This document shows, in pieces, positions 13,251 to 25,691 of a stretch of 64,000 bases of DNA (the first letter of the stretch is position 1; each line of letters opens with the position of its first letter). This stretch comes from Octopus sinensis (Eukaryota): contig NC_043005.1 in assembly GCF_006345805.1 (NCBI RefSeq), forward strand, positions 37,634,001 through 37,698,000. The letters run 5' to 3'. The notes under the pieces were generated by a model, which saw only the letters and a list, made by a program, of their open reading frames with translations, did no database searches and had not been told where the DNA came from. The position numbers were made by a program, and so were the translations under genes.

Positions 13251-14111
13251 TTGTGACAGTATGAATCAGACATCCCGATATCTCATTGCAATAATAAATA
13301 CTGTCACCAAATTCCATCTCTCCTATATCATTTTTTCCCCCATGATGCCTGATCTAACTATCATATCAGAATTACCATATTGTACCATTCCCAAAATATA
13401 GCTCCACATCTCCACTCCTACAGCAATCTTTCTCCAGCTCTCCATATTTCCTTTCTGTCACCCACCATTTCATAGTTTGCCATTTCATACCTACATTTAC
13501 TATTTCCTTATCTCCGTGTTCAATACACTCTCCTCCAAAGAAAACATTTGACATACCTCTAACAAAATTTATTTTTATTTACTGATCTAATCTTAAGTAG
13601 CTCATTCTCTTTATGAGCTTCAGAAACTATTCTGACCAGTGGTTCCCTTGCATTCCAATTCCAAAACACACACACCTTCACCCATTCTATTTACCTTCAG
13701 TAATTGGTAGTTACACTTCCACTTTGGAAATAAAACCTAACAAAGAGGAAATTCCAAATCATCATCATCGTCATCTTTTAATGTCTATCTTCTATACTAG
13801 CATGAGTTGGATGGTTTGACAGGCTCCAACAGGGTTCAAGGCTAAATCATGTTTCAATGCTTTGACATGCTTTCTGTAGATGGTTACGTTTTTCTAATGC
13901 TATCTATTCTACAGAAAGTGTTGAGTACTTTTCTTTTTATGTTACCAGCATCTGTGAGGTTCCCATGCAGTTTGCATAACTACAAATCTTGAGAAGGTGG
14001 CTTTATGCTAGAAGATAATAGATTAAATTATGTGAGAAGGAGCCACAGTAGGACAAGTTTCTTGCTGTAGAGGAGCTACATGACTATTCCTATAGTGACA
14101 AATAAAATAAA

Positions 14112-14347
14112 TATCTTATTTCTTTATTGTCCACAAGGGGCTAAACATAGAGGGGACAAACAAGGACAGACAAAGGGATTAAGTTGATTACATCGACTCC
14201 AGTACGTAACTGGTACTTAATTTATCGAACCTGAAAGGATGAAGGCAAAGTCGAGCAAAGTTGACCTTGGCGGAATTTGAACTCAGAACGTTGCGATGAG
14301 TGAAATACCGCTAAGCATTTTGCCCGGAGTGCTAATGATTCTGCCAA
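14112..14347 (-). mobile_element. tRNA-derived SINE head B with alternative tail 2
   Basis: Minus strand: ggcagaatcattagcactccgggcaaaatgcttagcggt..gagttcaaattccgcc..aatccctttgtctgtccttgtttgtcccctctatgtttagccccttgtggacaataaagaaataaga. Confidence 0.88.
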
Positions 14348-15255
14348 TGCCAGTATTATGCTGAGATTCAATCTAACTGATTTCTTCATGATCTGTCCTC
14401 ACGTTAAACTGAAAGAACTTCAATATTTTTTGCAGGTCTTATAAATATTTTGTTTAAAAAGATAGATGTCTCTACCATAGGATTTCTATGAGTCTTAGGA
14501 ATCATACTTTGATAAAGGAATATTGTAGATTAGAGAATGGTTTGTGTCAATTTTTTAAGAGTTAAAAATTAAAAGCAGACCAGAAATATATGACCCAGAG
14601 ACAGGTAAAGATTTACAAAGCAGAAGGATTTTAGAGTGTGGGTTGCTGTAAAATAGTAGTGAATCATTCTCTTTGTTTAACCCCACATCAGCTCCTGATT
14701 GGACACATGTTTGATCAAAGACATTCCAGTTGTGACAATCTAATCTATTTTCTATATGTAGGAAACTCTTGACCACATTATCTAATATGTTCCTTTTTAA
14801 GATAAAGGTATGTTATTTGAGGAAAATATGACTGCTATTTCCAGCAGATTGAGAAATTATATAGATATTCTTTCATTGTTTTTTTTTTTTTTTTTTTTTT
14901 GAGGATGTGCTTACACTGAAAATCACTTTTCTAATGCTAAGATTCATAACCACATTTAACATCAACAATAAAACATTTCTATGCCCAATCCAATGGTTTG
15001 GTAGACTACTAGTGTGAGTGATGGTCAAACAGCATGAGAATAGTATTTGATGACATATAAAATGCACTTTTACCCCAACAAAAAATGACCACCCAAAAAT
15101 TAGCTTGGGTCCTATATGCAAGGTTGGGCTTCTATTAGGCTAATTTGGTTCCTGATGTTCACTACTAAATGTTAATTTTAATTCAGATGGTTTCTTCTAC
15201 CTAACCTAACTCTTATATACAGTAATATTTTCTGCTATAGTTAAAGAAGTTGAAT

Positions 15256-15596
15256 GTACATGGCTCAGTGATTAGAGCAAGCGTTAGGCTTACAATCGTG
15301 AGGTAGTGAGTTCAATTCGCAGACTGGACTGTGTTTTGTTCTTGAGCAAGACACTTTATTTCATGTTGCTCCAGTTCACTCAGCTGTAGAAATGTGTTGC
15401 GTCATCACTGGTGCCAAGCTGTATCACCCTTTGCCTTTCCCTTGGATAACATCAGTAGCTTAGAGTGGGGAGACTGACATGCATGTGTGACTGCTGGTCT
15501 TTTATAAACAACCTAGTCCAGACTTGTGCCTCAGAGGGGAACTTTCTAGGTGTAATCCCATGGTCATTCATGACTGAAGGGGGTCTTTACTCTTTA
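15256..15596 (+). mobile_element. tRNA-derived SINE, family D
   Basis: tggctcagtgattagagc (A box), gagttcaattc (B box) and central ttgagcaagacactttatttcatgttgctccagttcactcagctg. An inverted copy lies at ~44412-44650, with head fragments at ~50820-51005 and ~54670-54850. Confidence 0.85.
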
Positions 15597-17144
15597 TAGT
15601 TAAGGTACTTTTGTAATGTTTTCCTATGTGCTACTAGATTGATTTTAATATTACATGCTAATTATGCAGCAAGCTGGTAGAATCATGAGCATGCTGTGTC
15701 AAATGCTTAGCAGCATTTTATCTATCTTTATATTCTGTGTTCAAATTCTGCTGAGGTCAACCTTGCCTTTAATCCTTTTAGGATTGATAAAATATGATCC
15801 AGTTGAGCACAGGGGTTGATGTAATTAATTTACCCATCCCCCGAAATTGCTGGCTTTGTGTCAAAATTTGAAATTGATGTAAACTTTTTCCTGACTATGT
15901 GCTGTTGAAAATGCGATGCATCTAATATGCCCATATAGCTTGTAACGTCCAGGGGCTGGTGATGATGTACTTCTTTGGATGTAATGTCACTAAGTTTACC
16001 CTATTCAGTGTCTCATTAAATTTTTAACACAGAGGAGTATGACTGGCAAATATTTGGCTACTAGAAATACCAGGAACTTCCCTAAAATCCCTCTTATTGG
16101 CTCACATATTTGCATTGTGTGTGTTTAGGTGTGTAAACTATGATGCAGATATCATTCTCTGCATTTCCATATTTCTCTCTTTCTCCCAACCACCACCACC
16201 ACCACCACCGCCGCCGCCACCACCACCACCACCAACCTGTTCACTGCTTTATCTTATTTCTTCACATCTATTCTTTCTTTTCCTTCTTTACTGTAAACCA
16301 AAGGGACGTTAGAGATTGCTAAGATCACAAGAATATTTTTTTTTTTTTCCCTAAGAACTGAGGATTTATGTTGCAGATACTCTCCTAAGACTTTCCTATA
16401 TTTGTTTTCTTTTGCAAAATTTAACCACACACACACACATCAAACAAGCACAACAAACATTCAACAAACACACACACACACATTCCTACATAAACACACT
16501 CTTACTAAACGTTTTCTTTTCAAATTGCTTTGCTTCTCTTCTTCTCACTTATGTTATTTCTCACTTTAAAACACCGAAGCAAACATCGCATGTAATCTTT
16601 CATTTCAATAACTACCGTTCTAGAACCCACTTCCTTCCCATTTATTTTCACAGTTCAGCAATCTTTAGATACTAAGGATTGACATAAACTTCTCTAATAT
16701 TACTCCACCCTTTTGATCCAAGATGTACCTATTGGCTGTGAACAGAATCCTTCATTTTTAGTCATGCAGCAAAAACAAAAAGAAAGAAAAGGCATTGAAG
16801 TGGAAAAATCTTCTTAATCAGAACCATATGTTGCAAGCCCTCAAAAGCTTAGACAACAAACCTTGAGTAAATAATGAAATCATTGGGCAATTACTGGTAG
16901 AATGCTAATTGATCATTAGACATGTAGAATATCTCTCCAAGTGGTTAAGCTGTACCTTTGTCTGCTACATCTGAGGAGAAATTGAAACTACATAGCAATA
17001 ATTCTAATGCCATCACTTTCACTTTTACTTTATCCATTGTTTATCAAAGTGGGTACAGAGGAACATTAGTGTTCTGTGAAAAAAGTTTGGCTTCCACAAA
17101 ACGAGGGGTATTTTGGTAATTTAATAGAATTTAATAGACTCAGG

Positions 17145-17301
17145 GATGTCTGTTTGGTTTAGAAGCTTGTTTTGCAATCATGTGGATTCATGTTCAGTCC
17201 TACTGTGTGACACCTTAGGCAAGTGTCTTTCTACTATAGCCCCAGGTCAATCAGTACTTTGTGAGTGAATTTCGTAAACAGAATTGGTGTGAAAGTCTAT
17301 C

Positions 17302-17339
<38 letters not shown>

Positions 17340-17550
17340 TTGTGTCTGTGTTGATTATCCCCTACCACTACTACTTGATAACAGATCTTGGTCTGTTTCT
17401 GTCCTGTAACTTAGAAGTTCAGCAAAAGAGACCAGCAGAATAAGTACCAGACTTAAAAATAAATCCTCGGATTGACCTGTTTGACTAAAAAAAAACTGTT
17501 CAAGACAATGCCCCAAATGACTACAGTTCAATAACTGAAACAAATAAGAG
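17145..17550 (+). mobile_element. Head-A SINE, tail 1
   Basis: Same modules as 11414-11838, more diverged. Confidence 0.85.
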
Positions 17551-18627
17551 GTAAACAATGAAATAATGGCAGTCACTATTTTCAAAATAATATATATTTT
17601 TTTTAAATATATTCTCTCAATGAAACATTATTTTTTTTCATCTAATGCTTTCCTAAAGTTAAGATATTGTGCAATACTTCAGGTAGGGTTGTGCTGGTAT
17701 CATTCATCAATAATTCCACAAAAGAGTAGAACATCTTGGATGAAGTACCCTCCCATAAATGGAAAAAAATTCTCCTTTCAAGTCATACTTGATTACAAGT
17801 GACTGTCAAAAAGGCAACAACAACAGTGAAAACATTATGAATTTGTCAAAATGTAGATAAATGTTGCAGAAATGGTTTGAGTGAATGGATCTACTCTAAG
17901 CATGTGTTTCTACATTGGAGAGTTCAAAACAGCAGTTGGGCATGAGTCCAAGCCTTTGGAGGTATGGATAATCCTGAATCTATGAGGTCTTCCAGGATCA
18001 GGAGGACTATATCAGATGTGTACATATATTTTGTATACTATTTGTATATTTCTTAGTATTCTCCCTCTTCTCTCCCTTATATGTAAAACCCAACACAAAT
18101 TGTAAACTGTCCATGCAATATACCCCACATCTGATGTTTCTGCAACAAATAAATCATTATTATTAAGGTGGTATGCTGGCAAAATCATTAGTACACTGGA
18201 CAAAATGCTTAGCAGTATATCATCCAATTTTTTACATTCTGAGTTCAAATTCTGCCAGAGTCAGCTTTGCCATTAATCCTTTCAAGATTGATAAATTAAG
18301 TGCCAGTTGATTACTAGGGGTCAATGTAATCAACTTACCCCTTCCCTCAATATTGCTAGCCCTGTGCCAAAATTTGAAGCCATTGCTGTTATTTTATATT
18401 TATTATTATCTTTTTTTCTTCTTCTTTCAAATTTGCTTCCATTTCTTGCTGAGTGTCTTCCCGACTCCTAGGGCAAAGAAACTCATAGTATACATTGGTA
18501 GGCCATTAGACTAAACTCACTAGTTCGTTCATTTTTTTTTTTTAAAGTTAAATTAAAATACATGGGTAGTAATAGTTCTCACATCGACAATGCTCTTCTC
18601 AATACGTGTGATGTACCAGTTACGACA

Positions 18628-18670
<43 letters not shown>

Positions 18671-20208
18671 GTTTTATTATTATTATTATTATCATCATCA
18701 TCATTAAGGTAGTGAAGGTTACTATGAAATACATGCATCAGACCTTGGATTCTAAAATAAACAGGCAATGACTTGATAAGAAAATAATCTTGAAAATTAT
18801 TTGAAACCATTGTTTTACTCCATCTAAAGTAATTCTGAGAACTAATTTTCGGTAACTAATTTATCATTTACTGAGTATAAGAAATTAGTTTCCGGTTAAT
18901 TTTGTTGGATCTTAACATTGTCTCAGTCACCAATAAGGATTTTCTGTGAGTTACCACTAATATTTGATGAGTTACTTTAAGAGAATTGGTTCCTCTCATT
19001 TGCTGTAGGTAATTAGTGATTTGCCTTCATCCAGTATGAGTTGGAGTTTCACAGCTTGTTATTAATCATCAATATTTCATGAATTGTTGTGGTTTAAGAT
19101 TGGTGTTTGATGATACCAAGAATTATAAGAATTTGTTATGAGTCATGAGTTTCTCTTTTTATCAGTTATCACCAAATATTTGGAGACTTAGTCTTTAGTC
19201 ATAACAAACTCTTGATGACTCCAATCATAATTATTTCATGAATTGTTTTGGTTTATAATTGGCGTTTGATGATGCTGTGAATAATAATTCATTACTTAAT
19301 TGTTTTGTTGTTGTTGTTTATGATCAAATGTTTGAAACTTGGTTGTTAGTCATTACAAACTTTCAACGACTTGTGGTTTTGTATCACTAACTGTTTTGTA
19401 TGTTGGTACGGGTTATCACCAACTACCTAATGAATTGTTGTAAGTCGTCATTCAGAATTACTTGAGCTGGTGTGAGTTATCACAGGTGTTAATGAGCTAT
19501 TGTGAATCGTTATTGTTTTATGAGTTCGTTCAGATCATTAATTAACTGTTTGATGAGTTGCTGTGAATAACTACAAACAAATCATTCGTTGAATTACTTT
19601 TATATTCTTCATTTGTTCATAGAATCCACTATTCCAGTGTCAATCACAGCAAAACTATTACTTCCTTCCTTCCTCTAATCCCTCTGTTTCTGTGTCATCC
19701 ACATCCATGTTTCCAAGTAATTTCTTGTTTTTTTTTTTTTAATAATCTTTTATGTCCTGATGCCAAAGGAATTTCTTAGATTTTCCATTGCAATATTGAT
19801 ATCTTATTAATCTCTTTGCTGTTAGGCAACAACAACAACAACTATTGCAACAACTGCAATGGCAAACAATTGTGACCTTTGTTATAATTATGATTGTTAT
19901 TTCATTTTATTATTACTATTACTACTATTACTACAACTTTCATATAACTACAGTGACTACCACTTCTACTGGTATTATAATTGCAAATATTATTGCTAGT
20001 AATTCTAATAAAGATAAACTACATTTGTATATCCTCTACAGTTAGTTAGAGAGGGGCATCCAGCTAGAGAAACCAAGCCCAAAATTAAATGTGCATTAGA
20101 TGAGATTCCCTTAACATGTGTAGGATGTACAGCACTCCCACATACGAGTTGATATCATTCATAATGACTTGATGGTTGAGTGATGGCATTGAGAAGAATG
20201 AATATATG

Positions 20209-20254
<46 letters not shown>

Positions 20255-20839
20255 AAGATTAGCACTGAATAAGATTAGTTGGCTTACCAGTCATTTTCAC
20301 CAGCCTGACTAAGTTTAACATGGAGACATTGAGTGGTAGGCTTAGTACACCACCTTAGTATACCACCAGTTGGTCTTTCAGAGTTTTTAGAATAGAATTG
20401 CTAATGGGACAAAAAGCTCAATACCATTTCTTGTAGTTCTTTACATTCTAAGTTGAAATCACACTGAGCTCAACTTCCCTTTTTAAACCTTTTGGGGTTG
20501 ATAAAGTGCCAGGCAAGTGCCGGATGATGGGAGAGGTTAGTGTTGTCTAGCTAGTTATTGACTAGCCAGCCACTTACCTCAAATTTTAGGCCTTGTGCCT
20601 ATATTAAAAACATTATTATTGTTATTATTATTATGATTGGGTGAAAGAGCAAGACATGTCATCAAAATAACACTGGGGTACAAATATGTAAAGCCCAAAA
20701 TACCCATCGTGACTACACCAGGCACATGCATCCCAACCATATGGGCATGACATGGTGATCTCATACCAAGATAAACAATGCATGACTTTGTAGGTGGTGT
20801 CCAGTTAGAATTTTCATCAGGTCCAGTAGCCCATCCCAC

Positions 20840-20896
<57 letters not shown>

Positions 20897-23476
20897 GGCA
20901 GTGAGTTGGCATAATCGTTGGACAAAATGCTTAGTGGCATTTTGTCTGTCTTTATGTCTTGAGTTCGAATTCCACTAGGGAACTTCGGTGTTTCTGCCTA
21001 AAACATCAGACTTCTCTTCACCCTTGTGGTATAAAACATACTTCACTATTGACTGTGTCTTTTGGCTATTTGCTGTGATTTAGAAGACATGTCAAGCTAA
21101 GTGAAATCATGGTCATGGCCAATGCCATTGACATGTTAAAGGTGCCTGTGTCAGTGACACATAAAAGGCACCCATACCAGTGACACAGGAATGGCAGCTT
21201 GATGGTGACATGTATAAGCCACCCAGTACACTCTGTAGAGTAGAGACATCCAGCGTTAGAAACAAAGACAAAATAAACAACTGGGCCCTGGTGTAGCTCT
21301 CCAGCTTACCAGCTTGGTCAGACTATTTAACCCATGCAAGCATGGAAAACAGATGTTATATGATGATGATGATGATGATGATGATGAAGTTGAGAGAGAT
21401 CTGTATTTCTATTCATTCAAGCAGAATGTCATTAATTTCCTAAATGCTTTACTAAATCCCTTCTAGTATTTGATCATGTTTCTTTACTTTCTGCATTCTG
21501 TTCTCACCAAGACTAACTTCATTAAAAGAAACAGCTTTAACAAACTGGAGCTGATTCAATTAACTCGATAATAAAAGTTTTTGATTTGAACACAAGGCTT
21601 GCAATTTTGAGGAAGAAGGTTGAGTCGAAGCCATTCAACTCAGTACAACAGAATTTCGGTCTACAAATTTAATTCATTTCTGAAGGCCAAAATGTCACCT
21701 AAAATGTTTGTAAACTGAACCTATTTTTCCCATAGGAAATTCAGGAGAAGGCACAGTGAACTCAAGCAGGCATGTGCACTGAACAAAAGTTAGACAGCAA
21801 CTGATGCCCTCCTGTCAATACTCCCAGCTTACACTCAATTGTTGTTCCTGACTTGCATGTTCATTACTCGAGATGTTGTTCATCACCTGAGTTGTTTTCT
21901 GTTCAAAAGATTGGTTGTAAACTAATCTGTTCATGATGAGAGTTAGAATAATCCAATGAAGAAATAAAAGAATTAATAATGGTAATACCACCAAGCTCAA
22001 CTTTGTCTTTCATTCTTTTGTGGTCCCACTGTACTTGAGTTGTACTGAACTTTATCAATGCTGAAAGGAATATGGGCAAAACTAACCTTAGTAGGAATTG
22101 ATTCATCATCATCTAAACTTTATGATCCATGCTGGCATGGGTCGGATGGTTTGACAGGACCCAGTGTTTCAGAGACCCCCATCATGTTTCAGTGTCTGCT
22201 TTGGCATACTTTCTGTTACTGGATGCCCTTCCTAACACCAACCACTTTACAGTGTGGACTGAATGCTTTACATGTGGCACCAACTCTAATGAGGTAACCA
22301 CGAATTTTGCAAGACTAACATCCACTGAGAAGGACTATGATAGAGATGGAGATGGATTTATACTAGGAGGTGGTAGGATTTTAAAGTATGAGCATAGGAT
22401 TTCTGATTTAAGTACAAGGCCAGCAGTTCTGAGGAGAGGGCATTAGTTAATGCCATTGATCCCAGTACATTGACTGATACTTAATTTTTATCAACCCCAA
22501 GAGAATGAAAGGCAAAGTTGAGCTTAGTAGTGTTTGTATTAATAATAATAACATGATGATATTAATAATTGTTTCTGATTTTGGCACAAGGCCTCATAAT
22601 TACTATTATCAATTCTTTTATTTTTTCATTGCATCATTTTGACTCTAACTCTACTGTTATTCTTTTTATTTTCAAATGGCATCTCTGAGTAGTCTTTTTT
22701 GTTAGTCTTTCTCATATAGCTCTGCTTTCTCACTAATGACATACAGATGCAGTACAAAAGAAAGCTCTTTTCTGGCATCATGCTATTTGCTTCATACAAC
22801 ATTGTAAATAACCCATCCAGTTTAGTGTTTGCCTTATATTTTGTCTGGAGGTTTAGGAGGCAAAGTCAAAAATAAGCAGTATGGTTGTTAAATAGACAGT
22901 GTAAGCACAAGTATAATATATGAATAGAATATGGATAGCCTAGACACAAATATGAATTTATGCTGGCTTTAATTCCTCTTTCGGACGCTTCCACATATGA
23001 CTTGTACTATAGCTTTGGGTTGAAGAATACCATGTGAACACAATTTGGCCAATGGAAACAGCACTAAAGTCTGTTGTGTGCATGTGTGTGTGTGTGTGTA
23101 TGTCACTTCACAACCATGTAACTTCAAGTTCAGATTAACTGCATGACATACTTGGATAAAAGTCCTATACTACAGCCCCTAGCTAACCGAAGACTTGTGA
23201 GTGTATTTAGTTGATAGAAATTGAAATAATGTATTGCATTAACAATTAATAAATGTATGTGTGTATTTGTGTGTGCATGAATGTGTATGTGTGTGTGTGT
23301 GTGTGTGTACTTATCTCTATTGTTTTAATATCACATGTTTATTGAAAACCAACTTCGTCATCATTAAAAGTAATGTTGTTTATTTGCAATCCTCTGTGAA
23401 AACATATCTGATCATTATTTATATTATTAACATTATTTACATTTGATGGATATTTGACCTCATCTTGTTTGTTGTT

Positions 23477-23522
23477 AACACAACATTTCAGCTGATATAC
23501 CCTCCAGCCTTCTTCAGGTGTC
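23477..23522 (-). ncRNA. Minimal type I hammerhead ribozyme motif
   Basis: GACAC-CUGAAGA-A-GGCUG[GAGGGUAUAU]CAGCU-GAAA-U-GUU-GUGUU. The core is intact, stem I is GACAC/GUGUU and stem II has 5 bp. Confidence 0.65.
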
Positions 23523-23747
23523 TTGGGGAAATAACCACTATGCCATATGCCCGTGGCATATGGTGTAGTAGTTAAGAGTGTGGGCTACTAACCCCAAGAT
23601 TCCAAGTTCGATTCCAGGCACCTGACAACAATAATAATAATAATAATGATAATAATAATAATAATATAATAATAATAATAATAATAATAATGATAACATC
23701 GAAAAATACTTTAGGAAATTGAGAACCCAGGTTCGAAATTTCCCCAT

Positions 23748-23793
23748 GACACTTGAAGAAGGCTGGAGGGTACATCAGCCGAAACGTTGTGTT
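23748..23793 (+). ncRNA. Minimal type I hammerhead ribozyme motif (C3U variant)
   Basis: GACAC-UUGAAGA-A-GGCUG[GAGGGUACAU]CAGCC-GAAAC-GUU-GUGUU. The palindromic ACGU stem III is typical of Penelope-associated minimal hammerheads. Predicted cleavage is after 23788. Confidence 0.65.
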
Positions 23794-24158
23794 AACAACA
23801 AAGAAGATGAGGACAAATATCCGTCAAATGTAAATAATGTAAATAATGTACATAATTCCTCATCTCTTAAATATAGAACTGTATGTCTGATCATAGTAAG
23901 GCTTGAGTTCGATTGACCAAGGGAAATATTTACTTGCTTGGAAATAGGTGGGAGCTGGCAGCAAGAAGACCGTCTATAACACAAAATCTAGTTCAATGAT
24001 TTTTGTCTGACCCGCGCAACCAGGAAAAAATGGACATTAAAATTATTACAAAAATGATGATAGACTTGTATATACTCCTAAATACATACATACATATATA
24101 TATATATTTGCACACATCTATACATATGTATATACACACACAGTTATACATACATGTA

Positions 24159-24385
24159 CAGGTTTGGCCAAAGTCACCTGATAGTAAATTAAAATTCCAT
24201 AAATATTTAATATTCAATTTTATTTATTCATTCCAATTATGAATGTTTAATAATTGAATCCTGTGAGTTAAATATCACCATTTTTCTTTCAACATTTGTC
24301 TATTTATTAGTGAAGTCTCATATCAAATAATTCTCTGTTTTAATCCTGGAATTTATTGGTTTTGATTTACTTTTGGCCAACCCTG
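24159..24385. mobile_element. Tc1/mariner-type MITE (TA-flanked)
   Basis: TA|caggtttggccaaa ... tttggccaaccctg|TA, with an AT-rich non-coding interior of 227 bp. Confidence 0.8.
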
Positions 24386-24669
24386 TATATGTATATATAC
24401 TCACATTTATGTCTATATATAAACTTATACACATTTATACATATATAAATATACACACATTTATACATACACATATGCACACATACATTTACATGTATAT
24501 AATAGTAAAGTCAAATTATTTAGCATGACATTATCATTATTATATGTATTATGACTCCAAGCCATTACAAGCTAACCAGTCCATATCCTATTTTTCTGAC
24601 AAAGATTTGGACTGGTTTCTTCTACTGAACCTGAGTTCAGCATAACATGAAATATATGAAATATATATA

Positions 24670-24821
24670 TATAAGCTTGCTTCTGAACCACGTGGCTCCA
24701 GGTTCAGTCCCACGGTGTGGCACCTTGGGCAACTGTCTTCTTCTATAATCTCAGGCTGACCAAAGCCTTGTGAATGGATTTAGTAGACAGAAACTAAAAG
24801 AAGCCCATTGCATATATATGC

Positions 24822-24874
<53 letters not shown>

Positions 24875-25210
24875 TGTGAGTGTGTGTATGTATGTATGTA
24901 TGTATAAATATATATATGTATGTTATATGTATGTATTAATAGTAATAGTATGACAACAAAAGAATGAATGAGACTTTGATATTATGTAAATAGAGGATTT
25001 TAATCTGTACAGATATATATATATATGTATATACTTATGTCTCTGTCTGTGTGTCTGTCACTGATTGGCAACTGGTGTTGGTATGTTTACGTCACTGAAA
25101 CTTAGTACTAGGCTTTAAAAAAATGTGCTGGGGTCGATTTGTTCAACTAAAAACAAATTTCAAGTTACTGCTCTAGCATGGTCACAGTCAAATAACTGAA
25201 ATGTATTAAA
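24670..25210 (+). mobile_element. Head-A SINE, tail 1, with expanded microsatellite
   Basis: Head motifs at 24670-24810 and tail ctctagcatggtcacagtcaaataactgaaa at ~25170-25200. Confidence 0.8.
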
Positions 25211-25518
25211 GAATAAAAGAATATAGTCTAAAAACAAAGATCAATGAAGAAAAAACACAGGAGAGAGATAAGGTTTCACAAATATGACATTAGCTTGTTG
25301 CATTAGTAGAAAGAAAATGTGTGTTTACAATTTGAACATTCGTCCTTCATCAAAAGAAAGAGAGAGTGAAGAACAAGAATAGTTAGTGAAAGGGAAAAAT
25401 GGGTGACATGTTAGAAACCAGATGGCATTATTGTTTTATGGGGAGAAATAAAAAAAATTTAAAAAAAGGGGGAAACAGTGGACACGTATGTAAAAAAGTA
25501 GTAATCAATGATATATAT

Positions 25519-25691
25519 CAGAGGTTCCTGACCTTTTCACTACCAAGGACCTCTTTTATTTAAATGAGTTTTCCCATGCAACCCACGATATTGAAAGGTC
25601 TGTCAGCTTAACATGTTCACAGACCTCCACTCCCATCAGAACTACCTTTTCAGACCACCAGGAGTCCGTGGACCACAGGTTGGAACCACTG
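25519..25691. mobile_element. hAT (Charlie-like) MITE
   Basis: Termini cagaggttcctgacct and aggttggaaccactg resemble CAGTGGTTCYCAAC-type TIRs. The flanks atatatat / gtatatat match at 7 of 8 positions, consistent with an 8-bp TSD. Confidence 0.7.

Larger units (their letters stand above)
23431..23880 (+). mobile_element. Fold-back, tRNA-containing non-autonomous element with Penelope-like terminus
   Basis: 23431-23532 is an inverted copy of ~23738-23839, and a junction hairpin lies at 23533-23573. The tRNA-like module at 23555-23620 has tggtgtagtag and agttcgattcc boxes and is followed by an (AAT)n linker. A second copy lies at 37583-37890. Confidence 0.8.

Noticed and set aside
12875-13273. 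Poly-His, poly-Thr and Pro/Ser ORFs
   Set aside because: All frames are open simply because (CAT/CAC)n lacks stops. There is no unique coding flank.
23555-23620. Functional tRNA gene (also the other SINE heads)
   Set aside because: A and B boxes are present, but there is no proper acceptor stem, the anticodon would be ACU, and the module is embedded in a repeated element.
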